Shown here piece by piece: positions 40,601-55,600 of a stretch of 64,000 nucleotides of DNA. Origin of the DNA: the human T2T-CHM13v2.0 reference genome, Homo sapiens; assembly GCF_009914755.1 (NCBI RefSeq), contig NC_060939.1. The stretch is one strand, 5' to 3'. The notes under the pieces are model-generated. The model was given only the letters and a program-made list of their open reading frames with translations, was not told where the DNA came from and did not search any database. Numbering within the stretch: the stretch's first letter is position 1; each line of letters starts with the position of its first letter. The translations under genes were made by a program, and so were the position numbers.

Positions 40601-43600
40601 TTCCATTTCATTGCATTCCATTCTATTCAACTCTATTGCCTTCCATTCCATTCCATTCGATTACATTCCATGCGATTCCATTCGAAATCGAATCAATTAC
40701 ATTGCAATCCATTACTATTGAGTCCGTTTTATTCCAGTCCACTGCATTCTGGTCCATTCCATTTGATTCCATTCCATTTTATTCCATTCCATACAGTTGC
40801 ATTCCATTGGATTCCATGCTATATCTATAAATTCAATTCGAGACCATTGTTTTTGAGTCCATTCTATATGTTTCCATTCCATTCAAGTCCATTACATTTG
40901 GTTCAATTCCATTCCATTCCATTCCCTTCCATTCCATTCCAGTTGATATCAATCCATTCGATTCCATTCCATTCGAGCACATTCCATTCGAGTCCATTCC
41001 ATTCGATGCCATTCCATTTGATTCTATTCCATTAGTCTCCATTCAATTCCATTAATCTCCATTCCATTCCATTCTACTCCAACTGATTCCATTCCATTAT
41101 ATTCCTTTCCATTCCATTTCATTCCATTCCATTCCATTCGTGTCCATTCCACTCCAGTCCATTCCATTCGTGTCCATTCCATTCCAGTCCATTCCATTTG
41201 TGTCCCCTGCATTCCATTACACTCCATTCCATATTATTCCATTACACTCCATTGAATTCTATTACTTTCATTTCCATTCAATTCCATTCCATTTGATTCC
41301 ATTCCACTCGGTTTCATTCCATTTGAGTCCACTCCATTCCATTCCATTCCATTCCATTCAGTTCCATTCCATTCTGTTCCATTCCATTCCGTTCCATTAC
41401 ATTCCATTCCATTCGGTACCATTCCATATTGTTCCATTCGATTCCATTCGAATCCATTCCATTCCAGTCCATTCCATTCGATTCCAATCCATTCATTTCA
41501 ATTCCATTCCATTCCATTCCATTACATTCCACTTGATTCCTCTCCATTCCTTTCCACTGCATTCCGTTCGATTCCATTCCATTGCATTGCATTCCATTCC
41601 ATTGGATTGCATTCCATTCGATTCCATTCCATTCGAATCAATTACATAGCAATCCATTACATTCGTGTCTATTCTATTCCGTTCCATTCGATTTCGTTCC
41701 AATCCATTCGATTCCATTCCATTCGATTCCATTCCATACTATTGCATTCCATTCGATTACATTATATTCGAATAAGTTCCATTCAAGACCATTTCTTTTG
41801 AGTCCATTCTATTTGAGTCCATTCCCTTTGATTCCATAACATTTGAGTCCATTCAATTCCATTCCTTTCGTTTCCATTCCATTTGATGCCATTCCATTCA
41901 ATTCTGTTCTACTCGACTCCAATACATTCAATTCCATTCCATCCGATTCCATTACATTCTTTTCATTTCTTATCCATTTCAAGCCATTCCACTCCATTCC
42001 ATTCCACTCGTTTCCTTTCCATTCGAGTCCATTCCTCTCCAGTCCATTCCGTTCAATCCATTCCATTCCAGTCCATTCCATTCGAGTCCGTTCCATTCCA
42101 GTCCATTCCATTCGAGTCAATTCCATCCCATTCGATGTCTTTCCATAACGATCCATTCCATTCTATTCCTTTCGATTCCATTCCATTCTATTTCATTCCA
42201 TTCGATTCCCTTCCATTGGACTCCTTTCCATTCGAGTGCATTCCATTCCGTTCCATTTCTTTCCGTTCTGTACGATTCCTACCGTTCGATTTCATTTTGT
42301 TCCAGTCCATTCCTTTCGCGTCCATTCCATTCCATTTCACTCCATTCGATTCCATTCCACTCGATTCCACTTCGTTCCATTTCATTGCATTCCATTCTAT
42401 TCAACTCTATTGCCTTCCATTCCATTCCATTCGATTACATTCCATGCGATTCCATTCGAAATCGAATCAATTACATTGCAATCCATTACTATTGAGTCCG
42501 TTTTATTCCAGTCCACTGCATTCTGGTCCATTCCATTTGATTCCATTCCATTCTATTCCATTCCATACAATTGCATTCCATTGGATTCCATGCTATATCT
42601 ATAAATTCAATTCGAGACCATTGCTTTTGAGTCCATTCTATATGATTCCATTCCATTCAAGTCCATTACATTTGATTCAATTCCATTCCATTCCATTCCC
42701 TTCCATTCCATTCCAGTTGATATCAATCCATTCGATTCCATTCCATTCGAGCACATTCCATTCGAGTCCATTCCACTCGATGCCATTCCATTTGATTCTA
42801 TTCCATTAGTCTCCATTCAATTCCATTAATCTCCATTCCATTCCATTCTACTCCAACTGATTCCATTCCATTCTATTCCTTTCCATTCCATTTCATTCCA
42901 TTCCATTCCATTTCATTCCATTCCATTCCATTCGTGTCCATTCTACTCCAGTCCATTCCATTCGTGTCCATTCCATTCCAGTCCATTCCATTTGTGTCCA
43001 CTGCATTCCATTCCACTCCATTCCATATTATTCCATTACACTCCATTCCATTCTATTACTTTCATTTCCATTCAATTCCATTCCATTTGATTCCATTCCA
43101 CTCGGTTTCATTCCATTTGAGTCCACTCCATTCCATTCCATTCCATTCAGTTCCATTCCATTCTGTTCCATTCCATTCCGTTCCATTACATTCCATTCCA
43201 TTCGGTACCATTCCATATTGTTCCATTCGATTCCATTCGAATCCATTCCATTCCAGTCCATTCCATTCGATTCCATTCCATTCATTTCAATTCCATTCCA
43301 TTCCATTCCATTACATTCCACTTGATTCCTCTCCATTCCCTTCCACTGCATTCCGTTCGATTCCATTCCATTGCATTGCATTCCATTCCATTGGATTGCA
43401 TTCCATTCGATTCCATTCCATTCGAATCAATTACATAGCAATCCATTACATTCGAGTCTATTCTATTCCGTTCCATTCGATTTCGTTCCAATCCATTCGA
43501 TTCCATTCCATTCGATTCCATTCCATACTATTGCATTCCATTCGATTACATTATATTCGAATAAGTTCCATTCAAGACCATTTCTTTTGAGTCCATTCTA

Positions 43601-46600
43601 TTTGAGTCCATTCCCTTTGATTCCATAACATTTGAGACCATTCAATTCCATTCCTTTCGTTTCCATTCCATTTGATGCCATTCCATTCAATTCTGTTCTA
43701 CTCGACTCCAATACATTCAATTCCATTCCATCCGATTCCATTACATTCTTTTCATTTCTTATCCATTTCAAGCCATTCCACTCCATTCCATTCCACTCGT
43801 TTCCTTTCCATTCGAGTCCATTCCTCTCCAGTCCATTCCGTTCAATCCATTCCATTCCAGTCCATTCCATTCAAGTCCGTTCCATTCCAGTCCATTCCAT
43901 TCGAGTCAATTCCATCCCATTCGATGTCTTTCCATAACGATCCATTCCATTCTATTCCTTTCGATTCCATTCCATTCTATTTCATTCCATTCGATTCCCT
44001 TCCATTGGACTCCTTTCCATTCGAGTGCATTCCATTCCGTTCCATTTCTTTCCGTTCTGTACGATTCCTACCGTTCGATTTCATTTTGTTCCAGTCCATT
44101 CCTTTCGCGTCCATTCCATTCCATTTCACTCCATTCGATTCCACTCCACTCGATTCCACTTCGTTCCATTTCATTGCATTCCATTCTATTCAACTCTATT
44201 GCCTTCCATTCCATTCCATTCGATTACATTCCATGCGATTCCATTCGAAATCGAATCAATTACATTGCAATCCATTACTATTGAGTCCATTTTATTCCAG
44301 TCCACTGCATTCTGGTCCATTCCATTTGATTCCATTCCATTCTGTTCCATTCCATTCAGTTGCATTCCATTGGATTCAATACTATATCTATAAATTCAAT
44401 TCGAGAACATTGCTTTTGAGTCCATTCTATATGATTCCATTCCATTCAAGTCCATTACATTTGGTTCAATTCCATTCCATTCCAGTTGATATCAATCCAT
44501 TCGATTCCATTCCATTCGAGCACATTGCATTCGAGTCCATTTCATTCGATGCCATTCCATTTGATTCTATTCCATTAGTCTCCATTCAATTCCATTAATC
44601 TCCATTCCATTCCATTCTACTCCAACTGATTCCATTCCATTCTATTCCTTTCCATTCCATTTCATTCCATTCCATTCCATTTGATTCAATTCCATTCCAT
44701 TCGTGTCCATTCCACTCCAGTCCATTCCATTCGTGTCCATTCCATTCCAGTCCATTCCATTTGTGTCCACTGCATTCCATTCCACTCCATTCCATATTAT
44801 TCCATTACACTCCATTCCATTCTATTACTTTCATTTCCATACAATTCCATTCCATTTGATTCCATTCCACTCGGTTTCATTCCATTTGAGTCCACTCCAT
44901 TCCATTCCATTCCATTCCATTCAGTTCCATTCCATTCTGTTCCATTCCATTCCGTTCCATTCCATTCCATTCCATTCGGTACCATTCCATATTGTTCCAT
45001 TCGATTCCATTCGAATCCATTCCATTCCAGTCCATTCCATTCGATTCCATTCCATTCATTTCAATTCCATTCCATTCCATTCCATTACATTCCACTTGAT
45101 TCCTCTCCATTCCCTTCCACTGCATTCCGTTCGATTCCATTCCATTGCATTGCATTCCATTCCATTGGATTGCATTCCATTCGATTCCATTCCATTCGAA
45201 TCAATTACATAGCAATCCATTACATTCGAGTCTATTCTATTCCGTTCCATTCGATTTCGTTCCAATCCATTCGATTCCATTCCATTCGATTCCATTCCAT
45301 ACTATTGCATTCCATTCGATTACATTATATTCGAATAAGTTCCATTCAAGACCATTTCTTTTGAGTCCATTCTATTTGAGTCCATTCCCTTTGATTCCAT
45401 AACATTTGAGTCCATTCAATTCCATTCCTTTCGTTTCGATTCCATTTGATGCCATTCCATTCAATTCTGTTCTACTCGACTCCAATACATTCAATTCCAT
45501 TCCATCCGATTCCATTACATTCTTTTCATTTCTTATCCATTTCAAGCCATTCCACTCCATTCCATTCCACTCGTTTCCTTTCCATTCGAGTCCATTCCTC
45601 TCCAGTCCATTCCGTTCAATCCATTCCATTCCAGTCCATTCCATTCGAGTCCGTTCCATTCCAGTCCATTCCATTCGAGTCAATTCCATTCCATTCGATG
45701 TCTTTCCATAACGATCCATTCCATTCTATTCCTTTCGATTCCATTCCATTCTATTTCATTCCATTCGATTCCCTTCCATTGGACTCCTTTCCATTCGAGT
45801 GCATTCCATTCCTTTCTATTTCTTTCCGTTCTGTACGATTCCTACCGTTCGATTTCATTTTGTTCCAGTCCATTCCTTTCGCGTCCATTCCATTCCATTT
45901 CACTCCATTCGATTCCATTCCACTCGATTCCACTTCGTTCCATTTCATTGCATTCCATTCTATTCAACTCTATTGCCTTCCATTCCATTCCATTCGATTA
46001 CATTCCATGCGATTCCATTCGAAATCGAATCAATTACATTGCAATCCATTACTATTGAGTCCATTTTATTCCAGTCCACTGCATTCTGGTCCATTCCATT
46101 TGATTCCATTCCATTCTATTCCATTCCATACAGTTGCATTCCATTGGATTCCATTCTATATCTATAAATTCAATTCGAGACCATTGCTTTTGAGTCCATT
46201 CTATATGATTCCATTCCATTCAAGTCCATTACATTTGGTTCAATTCCATTCCATTCCATTCCCTTCCATTCCATTCCAGTTGATATCAATCCATTCGATT
46301 CCATTCCATTCGAGCACATTCCATTCGAGTCCATTCCATTCGATGCCATTCCATTTGATTCTATTCCATTAGTCTCCATTCAATTCCATTAATCTCCATT
46401 CCATTCCATTCTACTCCAACTGATTCCATTCCATTCTATTCCTTTCCATTCCATTTCATTCCATTCCATTCCATTTCATTCCATTCCATTCCATTCGTGT
46501 CCATTCCACTCCAGTCCATTCCATTCGTGTCCATTCCATTCCAGTCCATTCCATTTGTGTCCACTGCATTCCATTCCACTCCATTCCATATTATTCCATT

Positions 46601-49600
46601 ACACTCCATTCCATTCTATTACTTTCATTTCCATTCAATTCCATTTCATTTGATTCCATTCCACTCTGTTTCATTCCATTTGAGTCCACTCCATTCCATT
46701 CCATTCCATTCCATTCAGTTCCATTCCATTCTGTTCCATTCCATTCCGTTCCATTCCATTCAATTCCATTCGGTACCATTCCATATTGTTCCATTCGATT
46801 CCATTCGAATCCATTCCATTCCAGTCCATTCCATTCGATTCCATTCCATTCATTTCAATTCCATTCCATTCCATTCCATTACATTCCACTTGATTCCTCT
46901 CCATTCCCTTCCACTGCATTCCGTTCGATTCCATTCCATTGCATTGCATTCCATTCCATTGGATTGCATTCCATTCGATTCCATTCCATTCGAATCAATT
47001 ACATAGCAATCCATTACATTCGAGTCTATTCTATTCCGTTCCATTCGATTTCGTTCCAATCCATTCGATTCCATTCCATTCGATTCCATTCCATACTATT
47101 GCATTCCATTCGATTACATTATATTCGAATAAGTTCCATTCAAGACCATTTCTTTTGAGTCCATTCTATTTGAGTCCATTCCCTTTGATTCCATAACATT
47201 TGAGTCCATTCAATTCCATTCCTTTCGTTTCCATTCCATTTGATGCCATTCCATTCAATTCTGTTCTACTCGACTCCAATACATTCAATTCCATTCCATC
47301 CGATTCCATTACATTCTTTTCATTTCTTATCCATTTCAAGCCATTCCACTCCATTCCATTCCACTCGTTTCCTTTCCATTCGAGTCCATTCCTCCCCAGT
47401 CCATTCCGTTCAATCCATTCCATTCCAGTCCATTCCATTCGAGTCCGTTCCATTCCAGTCCATTCCATTCGAGTCAATTCCATTCCATTCGATGTCTTTC
47501 CATAACGATCCATTCCATTCTATTCCTTTCGATTCCATTCCATTCTATTTCATTCCATTCGATTCCCTTCCATTGGACTCCTTTCCATTCGAGTGCATTC
47601 CATTCCTTTCCATTTCTTTCCGTTCTGTACGATTCCTACCGTTCGATTTCATTTTGTTCCAGTCCATTCCTTTCGCGTCCATTCCATTCCATTTCACTCC
47701 ATTCGATTCCATTCCACTCGATTCCACTTCGTTCCATTTCATTGCATTAAATTCTATTCAACTCTATTGCCTTCCATTCCATTCCATTCGATTACATTCC
47801 ATGCGATTCCATTCGAAATCGAAGCAATTACATTGCAATCCATTACTATTGAGTCCGTTTTATTCCAGTCCACTGCATTCTGGTCCATTCCATTTGATTC
47901 CATTCCATTCTATTCCATTCCATACAGTTGCATTCCATTGGATTCCATGCTATATCTATAAATTCAATTCGAGACCATTGCTTTTGAGTCCATTCTATAT
48001 GATTCCATTCCATTCAAGTCCATTACATTTGGTTCAATTCCATTCCATTCCATTCCCTTCCATTCCATTCCAGTTGATATCAATCCATTCGATTCCATTC
48101 CATTCGAGCACATTCCATTCGAGTCCATTCCATTCGATGCCATTCCATTTGATTCTATTCCATTAGTCTCCATTCAATTCCATTAATCTCCATTCCATTC
48201 CATTCTACTCCAACTGATTCCATTCCATTCTATTCCTTTCCATTCCATTTCATTCCATTCCATTCCATTTCATTCCATTCCATTCCATTCGTGTCCATTC
48301 CACTCCAGTCCATTCCATTCGTGTCCATTCCATTCCAGTCCATTCCATTTGTGTCCCCTGCATTCCATTACACTCCATTCCATATTATTCCATTACACTC
48401 CATTGAATTCTATTACTTTCATTTCCATTCAATTCCATTCCATTTGATTCCATTCCACTCGGTTTCATTCCATTTGAGTCCACTCCATTCCATTCCATTC
48501 CATTCCATTCAGTTCCATTCCATTCTATTCCATTCCATTCCGTTCCATTACATTCCATTCCATTCGGTACCATTCCATATTGTTCCATTCGATTCCATTC
48601 GAATCCATTCCATTCCAGTCCATTCCATTCGATTCCATTCCATTCATTTCAATTCCATTCCATTCCATTCCATTACATTCCACTTGATTCCTCTCCATTC
48701 CCTTCCACTGCATTCCGTTCGATTCCATTCCATTGCATTGCATTCCATTCCATTGGATTGCATTCCATTCGATTCCATTCCATTCGAATCAATTACATAG
48801 CAATCCATTACATTCGAGTCTATTCTATTCCGTTCCATTCGATTTCGTTCCAATCCATTCGATTCCATTCCATTCGATTCCATTCCATACTATTGCATTC
48901 CATTCGATTACATTATATTCGAATAAGTTCCATTCAAGACCATTTCTTTTGAGTCCATTCTATTTGAGTCCATTCCCTTTGATTCCATAACATTTGAGTC
49001 CATTCAATTCCATTCCTTTCGTTTCCATTCCATTTGATGCCATTCCATTCAATTCTGTTCTACTCGACTCCAATACATTCAATTCCATTCCATCCGATTC
49101 CATTACATTCTTTTCATTTCTTATCCATTTCAAGCCATTCCACTCCATTCCATTCCACTCGTTTCCTTTCCATTCGAGTCCATTCCTCTCCAGTCCATTC
49201 CGTTCAATCCATTCCATTCCAGTCCATTCCATTCGAGTCCGTTCCATTCCAGTCCATTCCTTTCGAGTCAATTCCATCCCATTCGATGTCTTTCCATAAC
49301 GATCCATTCCATTCTATTCCTTTCGATTCCATTCCATTCTATTTCATTCCATTCGATTCCCTTCCATTGGACTCCTTTCCATTCGAGTGCATTCCATTCC
49401 GTTCCATTTCTTTCCGTTCTGTACGATTCCTACCGTTCGATTTCATTTTGTTCCAGTCCATTCATTTCGCGTCCATTCCATTCCATTTCACTCCATTCGA
49501 TTACATTCCACTCGATTCCACTTCGTTCCATTTCATTGCATTCCATTCTATTCAACTCTATTGCCTTCCATTCCATTCCATTCGATTACATTCCATGCGA

Positions 49601-52600
49601 TTCCATTCGAAATCGAATCAATTACATTGCAATCCATTACTATTGAGTCCGTTTTATTCCAGTCCACTGCATTCTGGTCCATTCCATTTGATTCCATTCC
49701 ATTCTATTCCATTCCATACAGTTGCATTCCATTGGATTCCATGCTATATCTATAAATTCAATTCGAGACCATTGCTTTTGAGTCCATTCTATATGATTCC
49801 ATTCCATTCAAGTCCATTACATTTGGTTCAATTCCATTCCATTCCATTCCCTTCCATTCCATTCCATTTGATATCAATCCATTCGATTCCATTCCATTCG
49901 AGCACATTCCATTCGAGTCCATTCCATTCGATGCCATTCCATTTGATTCTATTCCATTAGTCTCCATTCAATTCCATTAATCTCCATTCCATTCCATTCT
50001 ACTCCAACTGATTCCATTCCATTCTATTCCTTTCCATTCCATTCCATTCCATTCCATTCCATTTCATTCCATTCCATTCCATTCGTGTCCATTCCACTCC
50101 AGTCCATTCCATTCGTGTCCATTCCATTCCAGTCCATTCCATTTGTGTCCACTGCATTCCATTCCACTCCATTCCATATTATTCCATTACACTCCATTCC
50201 ATTCTATTACTTTCATTTCCATTCAATTCCATTCCATTTGATTCCATTCCACTCGGTTTCATTCCATTTGAGTCCACTCCATTCCATTCCATTCCATTCC
50301 ATTCAGTTCCATTCCATTCTGTTCCATTCCATTCCGTTCCATTACATTCCATTCCATTCGGTACCATTCCATATTGTTCCATTCGATTCCATTCGAATCC
50401 ATTCCATTCCAGTCCATTCCATTCGATTCCATTCCATTCATTTCAATTCCATTCCATTCCATTCCATTACATTCCACTTGATTCCTCTCCATTCCCTTCC
50501 ACTGCATTCCGTTCGATTCCATTCCATTGCATTGCATTCCATTCCATTGGATTGCATTCCATTCGATTCCATTCCATTCGAATCAATTACATAGCAATCC
50601 ATTACATTCGAGTCTATTCTATTCCGTTCCATTCGATTTCGTTCCAATCCATTCGATTCCATTCCATTCGATTCCATTCCATACTATTGCATTCCATTCG
50701 ATTACATTATATTCGAATAAGTTCCATTCAAGACCATTTCTTTTGAGTCCATTCTATTTGAGTCCATTCCCTTTGATTCCATAACATTTGAGTCCATTCA
50801 ATTCCATTCCTTTCGTTTCCATTCCATTTGATGCCATTCCATTCAATTCTGTTCTACTCGACTCCAATACATTCAATTCCATTCCATCCGATTCCATTAC
50901 ATTCTTTTCATTTCTTATCCATTTCAAGCCATTCCACTCCATTCCATTCCACTCGTTTCCTTTCCATTCGAGTCCATTCCTCTCCAGTCCATTCCGTTCA
51001 ATCCATTCCATTCCAGTCCATTCCATTCGAGTCCGTTCCATTCCAGTCCATTCCATTCGAGTCAACTCCATTCCATTCGATGTCTTTCCATAACGATCCA
51101 TTCCATTCTATTCCTTTCGATTCCATTCCATTCTATTTCATTCCATTCGATTCCCTTCCATTGGACTCCTTTCCATTCGAGTGCATTCCATTCCTTTCCA
51201 TTTCTTTCCGTTCTGTACGATTCCTACCGTTCGATTTCATTTTGTTCCAGTCCATTCCTTTCGCGTCCATTCCATTCCATTTCACTCCATTCGATTCCAT
51301 TCCACTCGATTCCACTTCGTTCCATTTCATTGCATTCCATTCTATTCAACTCTATTGCCTTCCATTCCATTCCATTCGATTACATTCCATGCGATTCCAT
51401 TCGAAATCGAATCAATTACATTGCAATCCATTACTATTGAGTCCGTTTTATTCCAGTCCACTGCATTCTGGTCCATTCCATTTGATTCCATTCCATTCTA
51501 TTCCATTCCATACAGTTGCATTCCATTGGATTCCATGCTATATCTATAAACTCAATTCGAGACCATTGCTTTTGAGTCCATTCTATATGATTCCATTCCA
51601 TTCAAGTCCATTACATTTGGTTCAATTCCATTCCATTCCATTCCCTTCCATTCCATTCCAGTTGATATCAATCCATTCGATTCCATTCCATTCGAGCACA
51701 TTCCATTCGAGTCCATTCCATTCGATGCCATTCCATTTGATTCTATTCCATTAGTCTCCATTCAATTCCATTAATCTCCATTCCATTCCATTCTACTCCA
51801 ACTGATTCCATTCCATTCTATTCCTTTCCATTCCATTTCATTCCATTCCATTCCATTTCATTCCATTCCATTCCATTCGTGTCCATTCCACTCCAGTCCA
51901 TTCCATTCGTGTCCATTCCATTCCAGTCCATTCCATTTGTGTCCCCTGCATTCCATTACACTCCATTCCATATTATTCCATTACACTCCATTCAATTCTA
52001 TTACTTTCATTTCCATTCAATTCCATTCCATTTGATTCCATTCCACTCGGTTTCATTCCATTTGAGTCCACTCCTTTCCATTCCATTCCATTCCATTCAG
52101 TTCCATTCCATTCTGTTCCATTCCATTCCGTTCCATTGCATTCCATTCCATTCGGTACCATTCCATATTGTTCCATTCGATTCCATTCGAATCCATTCCA
52201 TTCCAGTCCATTCCATTCGATTCCATTCCATTCCTTTCAATTCCATTCCATTCCATTCCATTCCACTTGATTCCACTCCATTCCCTTCCACTGCATTCCA
52301 TTCGATTCCATTCCATTGCATTGCATTCCATTCCATTGGACTGCATTCCATTGGATTCCATTCCATTCGAATCAATTACATAGCAATCCATTACATTCGA
52401 GTCTATTCTATTCCGTTCCATTCGATTTCGTTCCAATCCATTCGATTCCATTCCATTCGATTCCATTCCATACTATTGCATTCCATTCGATTACATTATA
52501 TTCGAATAAGTTCCATTCAAGACCATTTCTTTTGAGTCCATTCTATTTGAGTCCATTCCCTTTGATTCCATAACATTTGAGTCCATTCAATTCCATTCCT

Positions 52601-55600
52601 TTCGTTTGCATTCCATTTGATGCCATTCCATTCAATTCTGTTCTACTCGACTCCAATACATTCAATTCCATTCCATCCGATTCCATTACATTCTTTTCAT
52701 TTCTTATCCATTTCAAGCCATTCCACTCCACTCCATTCCACTCGTTTCCTTTCCATTCGAGTCCATTCCTCTCCAGTCCATTCCGTTCAATCCATTCCAT
52801 TCCAGTCCATTCCATTCGAGTCCGTTCCATTCCAGTCCATTCCATTCGAGTCAATTCCATTCCATTCGATGTCTTTCCATAACGATCCATTCCATTCTAT
52901 TCCTTTTGATTCCATTCCATTCTATTTCATTCCATTCGATTCCCTTCCATTGGACTCCTTTCCATTCGAGTGCATTCCATTCCGTTCCATTTCTTTCCGT
53001 TCTGTACGATTCCTACCGTTCGATTTCATTTTTTTCCAGTCCATTCCTTTCGCGTCCATTCCATTCCATTTCACTCCATTCGATTCCATTCCACTCGATT
53101 CCACTTCGTTCCATTTCATTGCATTCCATTCTATTCAACTCTATTGCCTTCCATTCCATTCCATTCGATTACATTCCATGCGATTCCATTCAAAATCGAA
53201 TCAATTACATTGCAATCCATTACTATTGAGTCCGTTTTATTCCAGTCCACTGCATTCTGGTCCATTCCATTTGATTCCATTCCATTTTATTCCATTCCAT
53301 ACAGTTGCATTCCATTGGATTCCATGCTATATCTATAAATTCAATTCGAGACCATTGCTTTTGAGTCCATTCTATATGTTTCCATTCCATTCAAGTCCAT
53401 TACTTTTGGTTCAATTCCATTCCATTCCATTCCCTTCCATTCCATTCCAGTTGATATCAATCCATTCGATTCCATTCCATTCGAGCACATTCCATTCGAG
53501 TCCATTCCATTCGATGCCATTCCATTTGATTCTATTCCATTAGTCTCCATTCAATTCCATTAATCTCCATTCCATTCCATTCTACTCCAACTGATTCCAT
53601 TCCATTCTATTCCTTTCCATTCCATTTCATTCCATTCCATTCCATTTCATTCCATTCCATTCCATTCGCTTCCATTCCATTCGTATCCATTCCACTCCAG
53701 TCCATTCCATTCGTGTCCATTCCATTCCAGTCCATTCCATTTGTGTCCACTGCATTCCATTCCACTCCATTCCATGTTATTCCATTACACTCCATTCCAT
53801 TCTATTACTTTCATTTCCATTCAATTCCATTCCATTTGATTCCATTCCACTCGGTTTCATTCAATTTGAATAAACTCCATTCTATTCCATTCCATTCCAT
53901 TCAGTTCCATTCTATTCTGTTCTATTCCATTCCGTTCCATTGCATTCCATTCCATTCGGTACCTTTCCATATTGTTCCATTCGATTCCATTCGAATCCAT
54001 TCCATTCCAGTCCATTCCATTCGATTCCATTCCATTCCTTTCAATTCCATTCCATTCCATTCCACTTGATTCCACTCCATTCCCTTCCACTGCATTCCAT
54101 TCGACTCCGTTCCATTGCATTGCGTTCCATTCCATTGGACTGCATTCCATTCGATTCCATTCCATTCGAATCAATTACATAGCAATCCATTACATTCGAG
54201 TCTATTCTATTCCGTTCCATTCGATTTCATTCCAATCCATTCGATTCCATTCCATTCGATTCCATTCCATACTATTGCATTCCATTTGATTACATTATAT
54301 TCGAATAAGTTCCATTCAAGACCATTTCTTTTGAGTCCATTCTATTTGAGTCCATTCCCTTTGATTCCATAACATTTGAGTCCATTCAATTCCATTCCTT
54401 TCGTTTCCATTCCATTTGATGCCATTCCATTCAATTCTGTTCTACTCGACTCCAATACATTCAATTCCATTCCATCCGATTCCATTACATTCTTTTCATT
54501 TCTTATCCATTTCAAGCCATTCCACTCCATTCCATTCCACTCGTTTCCTTTCCATTCGAGTCCATTCCTCTCCAGTCCATTCCGTTCAATCCATTCCATT
54601 CCAGTCCATTCCATTCGAGTCCGTTCCATTCCAGTCCATTCCATTCGAGTCAATTCCATTCCATTCGATGTCTTTCCATAACGATCCATTCCATTCTATT
54701 CCTTTCGATTCCATTCCATTCTATTTCATTCCATTCGATTCCCTTCCATTGGACTCCTTTCCATTCGAGTGCATTCCATTCCTTTCCATTTCTTTCCGTT
54801 CTGTACGATTCCTACCGTTCGATTTCATTTTGTTCCAGTCCATTCCTTTCGCGTCCATTCCATTCCATTTCACTCCATTCGATTCCATTCCACTCGATTC
54901 CACTTCGTTCCATTTCATTGCATTCCATTCTATTCAACTCTATTGCCTTCCATTCCATTCCATTCGATTACATTCCATGCGATTCCATTCGAAATTGAAG
55001 CAATTACATTGCAATCCATTACTATTGAGTCCGTTTTATTCCAGTCCACTGCATTCTGGTCCATTCCATTTGATTCCATTCCATTCTATTCCATTCCATA
55101 CAGTTGCATTCCATTGGATTCCATGCTATATCTATAAATTCAATTCGAGACCATTGCTTTTGAGTCCATTCTATATGATTCCATTCCATTCAAGTCCATT
55201 ACATTTGGTTCAATTCCATTCCATTCCATTCCCTTCCATTCCATTCCAGTTGATATCAATCCATTCGATTCCATTCCATTCGAGCACATTCCATTCGAGT
55301 CCATTCCATTCGATGCCATTCCATTTGATTCTATTCCATTAGTCTCCATTCAATTCCATTAATCTCCATTCCATTCCATTCTACTCCAACTGATTCCATT
55401 CCATTCTATTCCTTTCCATTCCATTTCATTCCATTCCATTCCATTTCATTCCATTCCATTCCATTCGTGTCCATTCCACTCCAGTCCATTCCATTCGTGT
55501 CCATTCCATTCCAGTCCATTCCATTTGTGTCCCCTGCATTCCATTACACTCCATTCCATATTATTCCATTACACTCCATTCAATTCTATTACTTTCATTT

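Noticed and set aside
53869-53874. AATAAA polyadenylation signal
   Set aside because: It is a private variant in one monomer with no transcript context or downstream GU-rich element.
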